Numbered from the stretch's first letter, positions 1-14,062 are shown. The stretch is 64,000 nt of DNA from Octopus vulgaris (GCA_951406725.2 OX597840.1:22134001-22198000), one strand, 5' to 3'. Notes: generated by a model not told the origin, from the sequence alone. Numbers and translations: made by a program.

Positions 1-149
1 CACACACTGGTTCAATTCCATTCCTTTATTATTAGTCAATTGATTAGATATCCAACTAACAAATCAATTGTTTGTTTATCTTGGTTAAACAGTGAGTCGT
101 TTGCATTATTTACATTCAACAGATATTTGTCCTCATCTTGTTTGTTGTT

Positions 150-195
150 AACACAACGTTTCAGCTGATATACCCTCCAGCCTTCTTCAGGTGTC
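150..195 (-). ncRNA. Minimal type-I hammerhead ribozyme motif (Penelope-like)
   Basis: GACAC-CUGAAGA-A-GGCUG(loop)CAGCU-GAAA-CG-UU|GUGUU: stem I GACAC/GUGUU, palindromic ACGU stem III. Confidence 0.7.
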
Positions 196-679
196 TTGGG
201 GAAATTTTGAACCTAGGTTCTCATTCCTAAGCTATTTTTCAATATTATTATTATTACTATTGTTATTTTTAGGTCACTGCTTGGAATCTAACTCGGAATC
301 TTGGGGCTAGTAGCCTGCGCTCTTAACCACTACGCCATATGCCCACGGCATAAAGAAGTGGAATTGAACCAGTGTGTGTGTGTTAATAATATTGGCATAA
401 TGACTCTTCCTAGACACAACAAAATTTTTTTCAACACACAAATTCACATAAATAATCTTGCAAACCAGATACAAAAAGGAAATATATATATATATTTCCT
501 TTTTGTATCTGGTTTGCAAGAGCAGTATATTCCTGGTTATGGCAGATAATTGGTCAGACTGTTTTTTCGCCAGTTTTGTGGTGACTGCACTTGGCGATAA
601 TTGTGTGTGTGTTTATGAAAGCCAAATGCACTCAAGACTAGTAAGTGTGTAGATCTAGCCAACCCATGCGTGCTGTTGC

Positions 680-1015
680 AGTTAATGATGATTATGATGG
701 TGAAGACGATGATACTGATGATGACGACAGTGATGACAAGGATGATGATGACAGTGACAACAACAATTACAATGATGATGAGGACAACAATGATGATGAT
801 GACGACGACAATGATAAAGATGATGATGATGATTACAACAATAACAACGATGATGATGATGATAAAGACAATGACTAGGATGATGATGGTGGTGGTGACA
901 ATGATGATGATGACAACGACAATGACCAGGATGATGATGACAACGATAACCTGGAGGAGGATGATAATTATGATGACAATGAAGATATTGACGAAGATGA
1001 GGAGGAGGAGGGGGG
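680..1015. repeat. Degenerate (GAT/GAC/AAC)n trinucleotide repeat
   Basis: Directly visible; a similar (GGT/GAT)n tract lies at 33295-33580. Confidence 0.95.
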
Positions 1016-1521
1016 AGAAGCAGCAGCAAGAGGATATACACACAGTATGTATGAATTAGCATTATTCCTTCTTATCATTTGCAAAAAAACACAGTCTTAA
1101 CCTTCAGCGTTTTCAGTTGCTGGCAAATACCCAGTTAAAACTGGACAGTGCGTATAAATATTTTGACGTGCGTGTGTGTGTCCATGTATGTCCATCTATG
1201 GGTGTATGTGTGTGCACATGCATGTGAGTGTGTGTGTGTGCGACTGTGCATCTTCCAATTCTAAAGATCTGACAGACAGATGGACTCTAATTAGGACACA
1301 ATACTATATTTCTAAGCATCATGCTTTCTGAAATCCCCACCCGTCCAACCATGCCATTAATTTTTCACTAAATTCACTCCTAATTGATGTTATCAAATCA
1401 ATTAGCTAAATGAATATCAAAGGTTAATATGTGCATTACACACATACACACACACACACACACGCAAGTGTAAATACATACATCCATACACACATGAATG
1501 CATATGTGCGTGTGTGTGTGA

Positions 1522-1580
<59 letters not shown>

Positions 1581-1810
1581 TATATTTTGTTTATTACACA
1601 GACAGCACTGTGAAGTGGTCAGGTGGATAACCAGAGATGTTAGATATTTATATATTATATTTAAAAGGAGAATTCAGGTAGGTTCAACAATTTAGAATAA
1701 TAATACAACTTATACTCGGCCATAAAACTGTTTTTATGGCCGAGAATATGATGATTTAATTATTCTAAATTGTTGAATCTACCAGAATTCTCCTTTCAAA
1801 TATAATATAA

Positions 1811-1852
<42 letters not shown>

Positions 1853-2047
1853 CTTATCAATATATATATATTATATTAATATATATATATTTTCTTATCA
1901 ATATATATATACATATTATATTAATATATATATATATATTATTAATGTGTGTGTGTGTGTGTGCGCACGTGTGTGTGAGCTGAATAAAATGAGACAACAA
2001 AGCCAAGGCAGTGTGAATTTTCAAGGGAGTTTACGAAGAGAGAGGTA

Positions 2048-2095
2048 GTCTTACAGCTGTTTCATGGATATAAAGGATATCCCATCATCAGAGAC
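2048..2095 (-). ncRNA. Minimal type-I hammerhead ribozyme motif
   Basis: GUCU-CUGAUGA-UGGGAUAU(CCUUU)AUAUCCAU-GAAA-CAGCUG-UA|AGAC; stem III palindrome ACAGCUGU, GUA cleavage triplet. Confidence 0.72.
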
Positions 2096-3087
2096 AATAT
2101 GAGAGAGTTAAACAGAAGGAAATAGTAGAGTTCAATTAAAAGAAGTTATAGGAAGTCTAAAGGAAAATATCAGAATGAAAATATATGTTGGATGTTGCAG
2201 TTGTAGTTCCAGTATCCAAGGAATGTGCTGTGTAGAATGGGTAAAAAAGCTTCTTGTCTATGGTATGTAAATTCCAATAGGAGTTCATATTTTGTTATTA
2301 TAAATGGATAGTTCATAGGTATTAATTCTATGTGCTCTTCATTCAAAGGGATCTTGTAGTGTAAATGAAATTTTGGTAGGGGGAAGTAGAGAGAAAGAAG
2401 AGAAGAGATATGTTAGAAGGAAGAAAAATGGTATTGGTCAAAAGGATTAGGGGAGGCAAGAAGAAAAAAAGAGGAAGTGAAAATGAGAAAAGGAATGCTA
2501 ATTGGTGGTCAAGATATTATGAGGGGTGGGGAGAGGAGAGCTATCAGTAGATAAAAGGAATAGGAGGAGGGTCAGAAGGAAGAGATAAAAATGTAAGGAA
2601 GGAAAATGTGTGAGAAGTGGAAGGTGAAGGTGATACGTTTGAAAGGCACTAAGGTGGAGGGATGGATAAAGAATGTGGTATGGTGGGGTATTAAAAGTGA
2701 GTAGTAAACCTCAAAAAGGAAAGAAGGATAAGAAAATATAACAGTCAAGTTTCTAAAAATAGATGTTAGTATTTATTGTACTAGCTAAAGCAATAGTGAA
2801 GGCTGATAAATTAGAGAAAAAGAAGTATGTATATAGATATACGCACTTGCGCATGCATATACATATTAATGTGCACATGTACTATTATATAAGCCTGTAT
2901 ACATGCACATATGTACATACATATGTACCCATACACATATGCATACATACATATATATACATATATGTACATATATGTATGTATGTGTGTGTATATATAT
3001 ATATATATACATCTATACATGTATATATATTATTAACCAATTAAAAAATTAAGATTAAACATTAGAAATTGGAATGTCAAAACCTCT

Positions 3088-3137
<50 letters not shown>

Positions 3138-3273
3138 TTTATTTACATATATATATGTGTGTGTGTGTGTGTTTGTGTGTCTGTGTTTGTCCCCCACACC
3201 ATTGCTTGACAACCGATGTTGGTGTTTACATTCCCGTAACTTAGTAGTTCAGCAAAAGAGACTGATAGAATAA

Positions 3274-3307
<34 letters not shown>

Positions 3308-4727
3308 CCAACAGGTAATCTTTATATCCAACTTAACATAGATATTTTGTTATAACAACAAACACTATACTATTAGCATTTAAGAGATCCTCTCCTGTAG
3401 GTACTTGGTGCATAATATCACACACATTGATTGCAGCAGTCATCTAGCAAATTTCATACATCTGTGTGAAGAAGTGCTGATCTCTAACCGTGGAGGGAAC
3501 CTGTGGAAGACTTTGACCCTGGAAGACATGGGACAAGGTGATGAAGCATGATTTTTTAACATTGGGCCTTATGAAGGCAAAGACAATTGACCAAGACCTT
3601 TGGCAATATGCCATGCTTCAGAAGACCCATCAAACCAAATGAAATCGCAGTCATAGCCAATGCCAGGGTCATGTAACTGGCACAAAAAGAACACCCTTCA
3701 TACGTTGGGCGATATGCTGTGCTTGAGAAAACCTATGAAGCCAGGCAAAATCATAGTGATGGTCAATGCCAGTGGCACGTAAAAAGCACCCTTTGAACTT
3801 TGGGCCTCATGGGGGCAGTGACAAGTGACCAAGACCTTTGGCAATATACCATGCTTGAGAAGACCTAGAGGAGGAAATGACCCCTTTTTTATTCAATGTC
3901 AACAAAGGGGATTGTCTCTCCTTGGCTATCAATCACCTATGACAACAAAGAGAGTAGTGTTCCTTTGGCTATCAATCACTGGTGGCCCTGTTATCCTGTG
4001 GGTTCCAATAGGCTAGCAGGAAATTTCTGAAACATAAGCACAGTCTGAAGACCTCCTGGAAGTCTTCCAACCATGCTTAGATTTCAGGAAATTCCTGCTA
4101 GGTAAGAGAGGGGTGATGAGAGAGAAGGGGAGAGATGAGAGAGAGAAGAGAGAGGGGATGGAGAGAAGAGAAGAGAGTGAGAGGAGAGAGAGAGATTAAA
4201 AGACAACAACAATAATCAGTGAAGGATGTGGTTGAAGTGTTTTATGAAAGAGAAAGAAATGAAAATGTGCTTGTTTTGATATCCTGTGATTGTTGTAAAT
4301 GAATGTTATTCATGTCTAAATATTCTGCAGAAACATGTTTGGTCATTGGAAAATATTACCTTCCTTGTAAACAAGTGAAGGTTGGCAACAGGAAGTGCAT
4401 CCAGCTATAGAAAGGTTTCCTTAATAAACTCCATCTGACCCATGAAAGCATGAGAAGGAGGAAGTCAAAACGATGATTGATGATGATGATATACATATGT
4501 ATGTATATGTGTATATATATTGCCTGTCTCCTTAACTTCTTGGAGATTTTAGGTATAATTATACTAATGTGTCCATGTGTTCTAATTTAATTAAATTCTA
4601 TGTCTTTGTGCAGCTGAAGATTGCTCTGTATTTTTAAATTGATGTAATGATTGCATTGTTCAATTAAATGGAGTTGCATGAAATGATTGTACTGCATTAC
4701 CTCTGGATATCCTTGTTGCTTATTTTG

Positions 4728-4775
<48 letters not shown>

Positions 4776-5352
4776 CTCACATGTGACCAGCAGCTATCTT
4801 TCTTTCTTCCCCTTGCCTCACAAGAGAAAAGACATGCTTTTGCCTGTCTCCTGTCAAAGGTTGTTCCTCCAGCGTTCACCACTTTACCTCGTTATGGCTT
4901 AACAGCCCTTATTGTTTGTTTTTACTGTTTTGTTCTTACTCTCCTGTTTTTGTTGCCACTTTAACCTTCCAAAAATCCCAAATTTTATTTAATTTGCTTT
5001 GCATGAACGACTGTTTTAACAAAGTCAAGTCTTGTCCAAATGTTCGAAACATGGAGTAGATAAAACAGGGGACAACTGATGACGGGATTGTTCTTTATGT
5101 CACCTGTCTCATTTCTCTATTTGCTTCTTTTGTTGTTCAAACAAGTTATTTTTCCATGTTATTGTTTTTTTAATGTTCTCGTTTTTCATTTTGTTCACGT
5201 TTTTTTTTATGTCCTGTACCCATATGCATGTGTATACACATATATATGTAGGTATGTACATATATGTATGTATATATGCATATATATATGTTATTTATAT
5301 TACTATATGATCAAACGCCACGCATCCATTTCCAAGTATGTATATATGTATA

Positions 5353-5664
5353 TAACAAGACAGGGAGAAAGATTGCTTGAGACTAAAAGAGAGGCGAACA
5401 GGAGATATATAGAGAGTGGAGAGAGATGAAGTATATAGAAGATATATAGAGTGGGGAGAGGTGGAGTACATACATATATATATATATATCATCATCATCA
5501 TCGTTAAATGATGATGATGATGATGATATATATATATATATATGTATGTACTCCACCTCTCCCCATTCTATATATCTTCTATATACTTCATCTCTCTCCA
5601 CTCTCTATATATCTCCTGTTCGCCTCTCTTTTAGTCTCAAGCAATCTTTCTCCCTGTCTTGTTA
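5353..5664. repeat. Near-perfect 310-bp palindrome
   Basis: Arms 5353-5504 and 5507-5664 are reverse complements apart from one substitution and microsatellite length; centre (CAT)nCGTTAAAT(GAT)n. Confidence 0.95.
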
Positions 5665-5764
5665 ACTATTTCTTTTTATCACAATGTCCCTCTCTCTCTC
5701 TCTCTCTCTCTCCATCCTTCCCAGTTACCACTTCTGTATAAATGAATTTTTTTTTTCCTATCAG

Positions 5765-5870
5765 CAGATTTCGCAGACGCTATAAAATTGACGACTCCAG
5801 GAAAAATACTATATCAACACAAATGGCTATTTCATGTGACTGTGTTGAAGATATTAAACATTTACAATAA
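5765..5870 (+). CDS. Possible terminal coding exon of a gene starting upstream (RFRRRYKIDDSRKNTISTQMAISCDCVEDIKHLQ*)
   Basis: Long poly-T tract and tandem CAG|CAG acceptor at 5762-5767, non-repetitive sequence, open to TAA at 5868-5870. No homology recognised. Confidence 0.2.
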
Positions 5871-8229
5871 TACAGTTTACGATAATGGATTCTAGATAGA
5901 AACTTGGTATATAAACATGGTCAAAGTACAAAACTGATTGAAAAAGGAGACGGAAACCAATGAAATAATGGCAAAATAAGACGCAGACAAATAGTCAAGT
6001 GTTAAATTAGACAACAATAAAGAAAAGCAAACAATATCTCGTAGAGTACTTAAAGTAAGCTGCCTCAATCAAAAAGGAAAAACAACAATAAAATGGTGCT
6101 TACCATCATCATCATCATTTAATGTCTGTTTTCCATGCTGGCATGAGTTGGACAGCTTGACGGGCTCCAGGGAACTGCAGAGGTATACAAGGCCCCAGTG
6201 TTTGCTTTTAGTATGGTTCCATAGCTGGATGATGTCCTTCATAACACCAGACATTTTACAGCAGGGGTGGGGGCTTTCTTTTATGCCGCTGGCACCGGTG
6301 AAGTTGATAAATAGCTTGCAAGACTGAGGGAAGAAAAGAAAGGAAAAGGATGTTACGAGGAAGACAGAAATCTATTTGCATTTTTGATAAGCAAAATTTT
6401 TATTCTTCCTAAAAAACCCCAGACTGCTGTGGTTTTTACAAACAACAAAATATCATGTATTATCATTGTCATCATCATCATCATTTACATATAAATATAT
6501 TCTTTTATTCTTTTGCTTGTTTCAGCCATTTGACTGCAGCCATGCTGGAGCACCGTCTTTAGTTGAACAAATCAACCCCAGGACTTATTCTTTGTAAGCC
6601 TAGTACTTATTCTATCAGTCGCTTTAGCCGAACCACTAAGTTATGGGGACGTAAATACACCAACATCAGTTTTCAAGCGATGCTGAGGGAGGGGGACAAA
6701 CACAGACACACAAACATATATATGATGGGCTTCTTTCAGTTTCCGTCTACCAAATCCACTCACAAGGCTTTGGTCAACCTGAGGCTTTAGTAGAAGACAT
6801 TTACCAAGGTGCCACACAGTGGGACTGAACCAGAAGCCATGTGGTTGGGAAACAAGCTTCTTAACACACAGCCAATAAGCAAAAGTTAAATAAAGTACCA
6901 AGGTCTCATCAAGATTTGAACTTGGATTGCTGGATTCAAAGTCCAGAGTGCTAACCATTACACTATGAAACCTGTTCTCTTCTGCTTTATAACTTAGAGT
7001 GTGCTTCTCTTTTGGATTTATGATTTACTGATGATATATATATATATATACGACAGGCTTCTTTCAGTTTCTGTCTACCAAATCCACTCACAAGGCTTTT
7101 GTCAGCTCAAGGCTACAGGTGATGTGCAGTGGCACTGAACCTGAAAACAAGTGGTCGGGCAGCAAACTTTTTACCGCACAGCCATGCCTGCAGCTGAAGG
7201 AGAATAGGAGAGAGAGAGAGAGATTGTGGATTGATCCTCAGTGGATGATGAGAGAGGGTAAACTTTGCTGCGAGGGAAACAGTGATAGCTGTGAGAGTAT
7301 GGTTGGGGAGAGAGTAACAGAGTAGACACTATTGGGGGGAGGTAGTAAGGAAGGGACAGGGGACAGAAAAGGCAGGAGATTAGTGTGAAGAAGTTAATGA
7401 TAAAAAGGGTGGACAGAGAAGTAAGGGTGATGAGGTAAGTTGTGCAATGGTGGGACCTGGAGCTATTCTGTGCCTTCTCTTTGTTCTGGGCCCTTCATTG
7501 TAGCATTTTTGCAGCCCCTTCTTGGTATGACTTGACAGTATGGGCACCAGTATCATTGTGTGCACAATTTTTACCAATGACTCCCTGAATCCTGCTAATA
7601 CACAGCATCACAATTTGGGATTCCTTGCTTTACTTATCCCTGTATTACAGAATATTGATTTCAAATTTCAGCACAAGGCCAGCAATTTTGGGGTGACGGG
7701 TGCTCAATTGGTACTTATTTTGTCAACCCCCAAAATGATGAAAAGCAAAGTCAACCTGGCAGGATTTGAACTCAGAATGTAAAGACAGACAAAATGCCAT
7801 CAAGTATTTCACCCGGCCATACTAATAATTCTGCAGACACACAGCCTTAAAGTAGTTGAATGCTGGCTTCAAATCTGGCCACAAGGCCAACAAATTTAGG
7901 AAGTGGGTTAAGTAGATTACATTGACCCACAGTACTTAACTGGCACTTTATCAACCCCCAAAGGGATAAAAGGCAAAGTCAACCTCAGAACATAAAGATA
8001 GACGAAATGCTGCTAAGCATTTTGCCTGACATGCTAACGGTTCTGCCAGCTTTCCACCTTGGCATCAAATATTTTTGGCAAACTTCTTACTTCTTTCCTT
8101 ACACAGTCTTCCTGTCTTTTAGCTTCTAATCACCTCATGTGGTTCCTTGCTCGGTGTTTTATTTCTTTCTTCTCAGACCTGTGACTTAGCATATTATGTA
8201 TGGTGGTGGCGGGGGGGAACAGATGAATG

Positions 8230-8815
8230 TACACATACACACACTTACATGCACACACACATACATGTAGTATGCATGCACGTATATATACTTCCACACA
8301 CTCACATGCATCCACACAGACACATACATCTGTTCACACATACAGCCTCTCATACACATATTCACACACATGCGTGTATACACACACACATGCGTGTATA
8401 CACACACATGCATGTATACACACACACATATACACATGAACACACATTCACACACGTATATGCAGATACATACACATACATCCATTAACATGCATACACA
8501 CATGCATACATCCATACACACAGATGCACACACATACATATGCACATGCAGCTACACACACATCCACATGCATACACCCATCACATACAGACATCAACAC
8601 ACACACACATGCAGACATCAACACACACACATATACATCAACACACGCATACACACATACATCCAGACACACACATGCATACATATACACATATGCATAC
8701 AGACACATACATACATATACACACATATGCATACATATGTACACAGACATACATATGCCTACATCCACACACATATGCATTCATTCATATCCACACACAC
8801 ACTCACACATACCAC
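8230..8815. repeat. Degenerate CA-rich microsatellite field
   Basis: Directly visible; similar fields at 10220-10880, 13360-14295 and 18220-18595. Confidence 0.93.
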
Positions 8816-9894
8816 ACTGTACAAAACGTGACCACATAAGAAATTCAATCATCACATAGCATTGTATCTAAAGACTTTTATAGTTTCTCTGTAAAATAAT
8901 AATCTCGGGGTTATAACCCCAAATAATTTTAACCAGCCAAAGAAAACTCACAGATCAGTTTCAGACTTTAATAGGTTTCCTCCTCAGGCAGATGTGCTAC
9001 AATCATACGACTTGGTTGAAAATAGCATAGAATTACAGTTAAATAAAATGGTGTTGTACCATCTCAGCTGTTGTTGGTCTCACAAATATTAATAATACAA
9101 AAATATGTCAAGTGTCTGTCTGAGAAACTAATGAAGGAACCTTTGTGTTGTTCTTTAACCTGCAAGAAACAGAAGCCAAAATATCTCTCAGAATTGTTAT
9201 TGGTCTCACAAATATCAATAATACAAATATTATATCAAGTTTCTGTTTTGTGAAGCTAATGAGGGAGCCTCTGTCTTGTTATTGTTCACCCTGCTAGAAA
9301 CAGAAGCAAAAATATCCCTCAAGTCATATCATTCTGTCTTTAAAATAAAGGAGGAAGGATTCGATTTAAAAAAGTTGTTGTTGTTGCTGTTGTCACCGTC
9401 ATCATTTTTTAGCCCTGAATCAACCTGATCAAGAAGATCTAGGATCAACAACATTCCAAAAACGACCATACCTCTTTCATTTAGTCATAGTATACATAGC
9501 ATTGAGAAGATACATGGCCTAGTGGTTAGGCTGCTGCATTCATGACAGCTAGGCTGTGGGTTCGATTCCCAAACTGGGTGGTGCATTGTGTTCTTCAGCA
9601 AAATGCTTCATTTCACATTGCTCCAATACCCCCTTTCAGCAGGATGGTGTCATTCAAAATCTAAAATGAGGCAAAGCGCATTGTGACCAGTGATGTATAA
9701 CAACATCAAAGAGTTTTGTTGGCCATGTGGTCACATATGTAGCACTATATTTTTTAACGTGTGCTTTTTTCAGAAGAACGGGTATAGTTTGAAGAAAACT
9801 TGACTGCTATTTCTAGCCAGCAGAAGACCCCCCCCCCTCCAGATCGGATAATGGTGATTGAACCAAACAGATTTGTTGTTTTTCAACATATCTC

Positions 9895-10205
9895 ATTAGT
9901 CTTAAGCATGTCTTGTAAAACTCATCCCACCACGAAACAGCTGTAAGGAGATCTCCAGTTTGGGTCCAACAATATAAGGGAAAGGTGCTCGCATCTTGTG
10001 GGGCATTGCTGGGGAGATAAACAAAAGCTGACAAGTGACCTGCTGCTATGGATGCCAAAGTATGGCCATACTAGAGCAAGTCATCCAAACACAACATATG
10101 TAGATCAAGTCACCTGAGACGCTGGATGCCTTCCTGTAAATCTCCCTCAACAGATGCAGGACCAAGATGGCTGGTGTGTGCACATTAAAAATATTCATGA
10201 TTAGG
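9895..10205 (+). mobile_element. RTE-clade LINE 3' remnant
   Basis: TTKQL*GDL...IRERCSHLVGHCW...SDLLLWMPKYGHTR...TTYVDQV...MQDQDGW. Confidence 0.75.
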
Positions 10206-10716
10206 TCTCTATACATTCTGTGAATATATGCGCTGGTGTATATATTTATGTATGTGCATGTTGGTATGTGTGTGTATGTGTATGTATATGAATGTGTATG
10301 TTGGTATGAATGTATATGTATGTGTATACTGACATGTATGTGTATGTATGTATGTATGTTGGTATGCATGTTTATTGGTGTGTATGTGCATATCAGTATC
10401 TATGTGTATGTCTACATAAGTTTGCACAAGCATGCATATGTTAGTGTGTGTGTGTGTCTACCTTAGTCTGCATAAGTGTGTGAGTGCATGTGTGCACGTG
10501 CGTGCGCATGTCTCTACTTGAATCTTCACAAGTGTGTTTGATTGTAAGTGGATGGATGTCCACACTCAGAAGTCAATACAAGTGTATGTGTGCATATGCA
10601 TGCTTGTGTGTATGTATGTGCATGTGTGTGTACAAGAGTTTACACCAATGTGTGTGCACAAGTCTACTTCAATCTGCATAAGTGTGGATGTGTCTATGTG
10701 AGAATGTGTGTGTGTG

Positions 10717-10794
<78 letters not shown>

Positions 10795-11216
10795 TCTGTA
10801 TGAGTGTGTGTACATGTGTTGATGTCTGCACATGTGAGTCTGCACATGTGAGTCTGCACAAGTGTGTGTATGTGTGTTTGTTTGACTTCATCTGAGGAAA
10901 GAGTAAGAGAAGACAATAAAGAAGAAAGGAAAAAACAAAGAAAGAAAGGTGCCAAGAATGCAACTAAATATAAAAAAGAAAAATATCAAACCTCATTCAA
11001 CTGAGAGAGAAAGAAAGAAGGAAAGGGAGAAAGAAAGAAAGAAAGAATGGTTAGGAATGAAAGGAAATAAGAAATATTTTGTAAATACTGGAATCCTTAG
11101 AAATTGGTTAAAATACTTGATACAGTAAATTGTTGATGGTATTGCAGTTTTAGCCTATGTTACCATGGAGACTGGTTAACATTCTCTGTAAATGTATCTA
11201 CCTATCTGCCTGTCTG

Positions 11217-11286
<70 letters not shown>

Positions 11287-11291
11287 CATAC

Positions 11292-11655
11292 ACAGGGTGC
11301 GGTGAATAAATTGTCGTCTAAATTACACAAAAATGAAAATAACACTGACATCTCATTTTAACAAAGATATCTACCAAAATTACATGAAAATATTTTGAAA
11401 TATTAAAGAGTAAATTCATTCAATAAAATAATTAAATTGCCATTGGCTTCAACCACATCCTCCAGATGACTTTGGAATCTCCCGCAACTCTTCTGGACGG
11501 TCTCCTTGTTTAAGTTGGTGAATGCTGCCATAATCCGTGCCTTCAGTTCATCTTTGGTGTTACAAAGAGTTTTGTTGGTCTCTCATTCAACTGCGCCCTA
11601 CACATAATAATCAAGGGGGTTGCAGTCTAGGGAATTAAGTGGCTTGATGTTAGAG
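11292..11655 (-). mobile_element. Tc1/mariner (maT-like) 3' fragment
   Basis: CAGGGTG terminus; minus-strand DCNPLDYYV.GAVERETNKTLCNTKDELKARIMAAF...LEDVVEANG. Confidence 0.8.
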
Positions 11656-11865
11656 GAAAGGCTTGAAATCCTCCTACTGACACCTTTTACCAGGTTCTTG
11701 AATACTATGAGTGGCTGATTTTATGAGCAAGAAACCCAAAGTAACCCCATAAACTACTGGCCTACCCCACTATAATATATATATATATACACACATACAT
11801 ATATACATTTATGAATCTGTGTTGCAAGATACCTGATGTGAAATTTTGTTAAAACAGATATTGTT

Positions 11866-12256
11866 GTATTTTGGGATGGTCATTTGTTCTTCCTTGTCAA
11901 ATAAGGGCATGCTCAATATATTTGTTCTTCACTTGTTTATTACTGTTTCTATTCTAACTCATCTCCATTGACCGGAAATCTTTCCTCACACATCTGTGAC
12001 CTCTTCAGCAACACTTTCCATGTTCATGTATGCTCTATCTCTGCTTATTCCATTCTCAGAGAATGGAATAAGTGAAACAAGAGCACACACAAACACAGAA
12101 AGCGTTCCTGAAGAGGTCACAGATGTGTGAGGAAAGATTTCCGGACAATGGACATAAATTAGAATAAGAAAAGTAATAAACGAGTGAAGAACAAATATAT
12201 AGTGTGTGTGTGTTTATTTGGCAAGAAAAAAAAATGACCATCCTGAAATACAATAC
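11866..12256. repeat. About 390-bp diverged palindrome with a hammerhead motif in each arm
   Basis: Centre CTTATTCCATTCTC-A-GAGAATGGAATAAG at about 12059; arms align out to GTATTTTGGGATGGTCATTT / AAATGACCATCCTGAAATAC. Confidence 0.88.
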
Positions 12257-13032
12257 AATACACACACACACAGTTATACACTTATGTACACACACATACT
12301 TACACACACAAAAATTTACATACACGTGCACACATACATGCTCACACACAAACACTTGCACGCACACAGCTTCACCTCTCTTACTCTCTCACATCATTTC
12401 CCTGCAGCATCAGCTGGCACACACAAGACAATAAAAAGATGTATCTTTTGTAAATATGCTTTACATTCTCAGCACACAGTTACCATACCAATTGATAGAG
12501 AAACAAACTCTTCAGAGATGATTAGTCAGTGTTTTCTGTCTGTGTTGACAGTTTCAATAAATTGGCAGAAAATATAATAACTCATAGGCGTGGCTAGGAT
12601 GCTTGCTTCAAACTACTTGGTTCAAAGTTTAGTCCCACTGCATGGCACCTTCGATAATCGTCTTCTTCTATAGCCTTGGGTCAACCAAAGCTTTGGGAGT
12701 GGATTTGGTAGACAGGAACTGAAAGAAACCCGTTGTGTATATCTACATGAATATACACACACCTATATATATATATATATATATGTATACATATGTATAT
12801 ATTTATGTGTGTGTGTGTCTTTGTCCCACTCACTACCACCGCTTGACAATTGATGTTAGTGTGTTCACGTCCCTGTAACTTAGTGGTTCAACAAAAGAAT
12901 CCGATAGAATAAGGGCTAGGCTTACAAGGAATAAATCCTGGCATTAATTTGTTTGATTAAAATCCCTTAAGGTGGTGCTCCAGCATGGCCACAGTCAAAT
13001 GACTGAAACAAGTAAAAGAGTAGAAGAAAATA

Positions 13033-13099
<67 letters not shown>

Positions 13100-13362
13100 G
13101 GGGGGGTAGAGTAAACAAGAGAGACAGAAACAGGCAGAAATAAGGAAAATGCCCCTTGTATTTGAACACTATGCAAATATTCCTTTAAAAAACTTTTCTT
13201 TTAATTTTTCCGAAATTTAAGAGTTTTCCATACTTACAGTTGAAAAAGTCTCAATGACTGAAACCGGTACTGAAATGTTTTTTATAAAATTATTTTAGCA
13301 TTTTCTACCTTGACTTGTTTTTCCATATATATCAAATCATGTGTTCCTTTTCAATCTTATAC

Positions 13363-13399
<37 letters not shown>

Positions 13400-13438
13400 A
13401 TAATAAATATTAGGGAATAAATCCAAATTTACAGGGAA

Positions 13439-13471
<33 letters not shown>

Positions 13472-13970
13472 AACATGTATATACATACATGTATATATAT
13501 GTGTGTGTGTGTGTGTATATAAGTATATATATGTATATATACTTGTTATATATATATATTTATATACGTGTTTGTCTATATGCATATATATGTGTATGTA
13601 TATAGTATCTATGTACGTATATATAAACATATATGTTTATATGTGTATGTGTGTATGTTTATATATGTATTTCTTTATATATGCATGCACGTATGTACAT
13701 ATGTAACTAATATACATATTTCTATGCAGCCAGCCCCAGGTAAAACTCTGAGTAGAATGTCAAGTTCTCATATGATATCCTGAAATATCAACTTTACCCA
13801 ACATATTGATTTCTATGTCAGATAATGTTTGCATTGCATAAAATATATTTTTTAAAAAACATATCATGCAACTGATACATTATGTATATATATATATATA
13901 TATATATATAAGCACATATACATACACACACACACATAAATACATATATGTATGTATTCATACATACGCG

Positions 13971-14010
<40 letters not shown>

Positions 14011-14019
14011 TATATATAA

Positions 14020-14062
<43 letters not shown>

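Noticed and set aside
537-1062. Asp-rich, Met-rich, His-rich and hydrophobic ORFs that resemble biomineral or membrane proteins
   Set aside because: Overlapping frames of one degenerate trinucleotide repeat, with no splice or homology support.
6900-6975. tRNA-like sequence on the minus strand (Gln-like, A and B boxes)
   Set aside because: Stems are broken by several mismatches; most likely a tRNA pseudogene or SINE-like head. Needs tRNAscan-SE.
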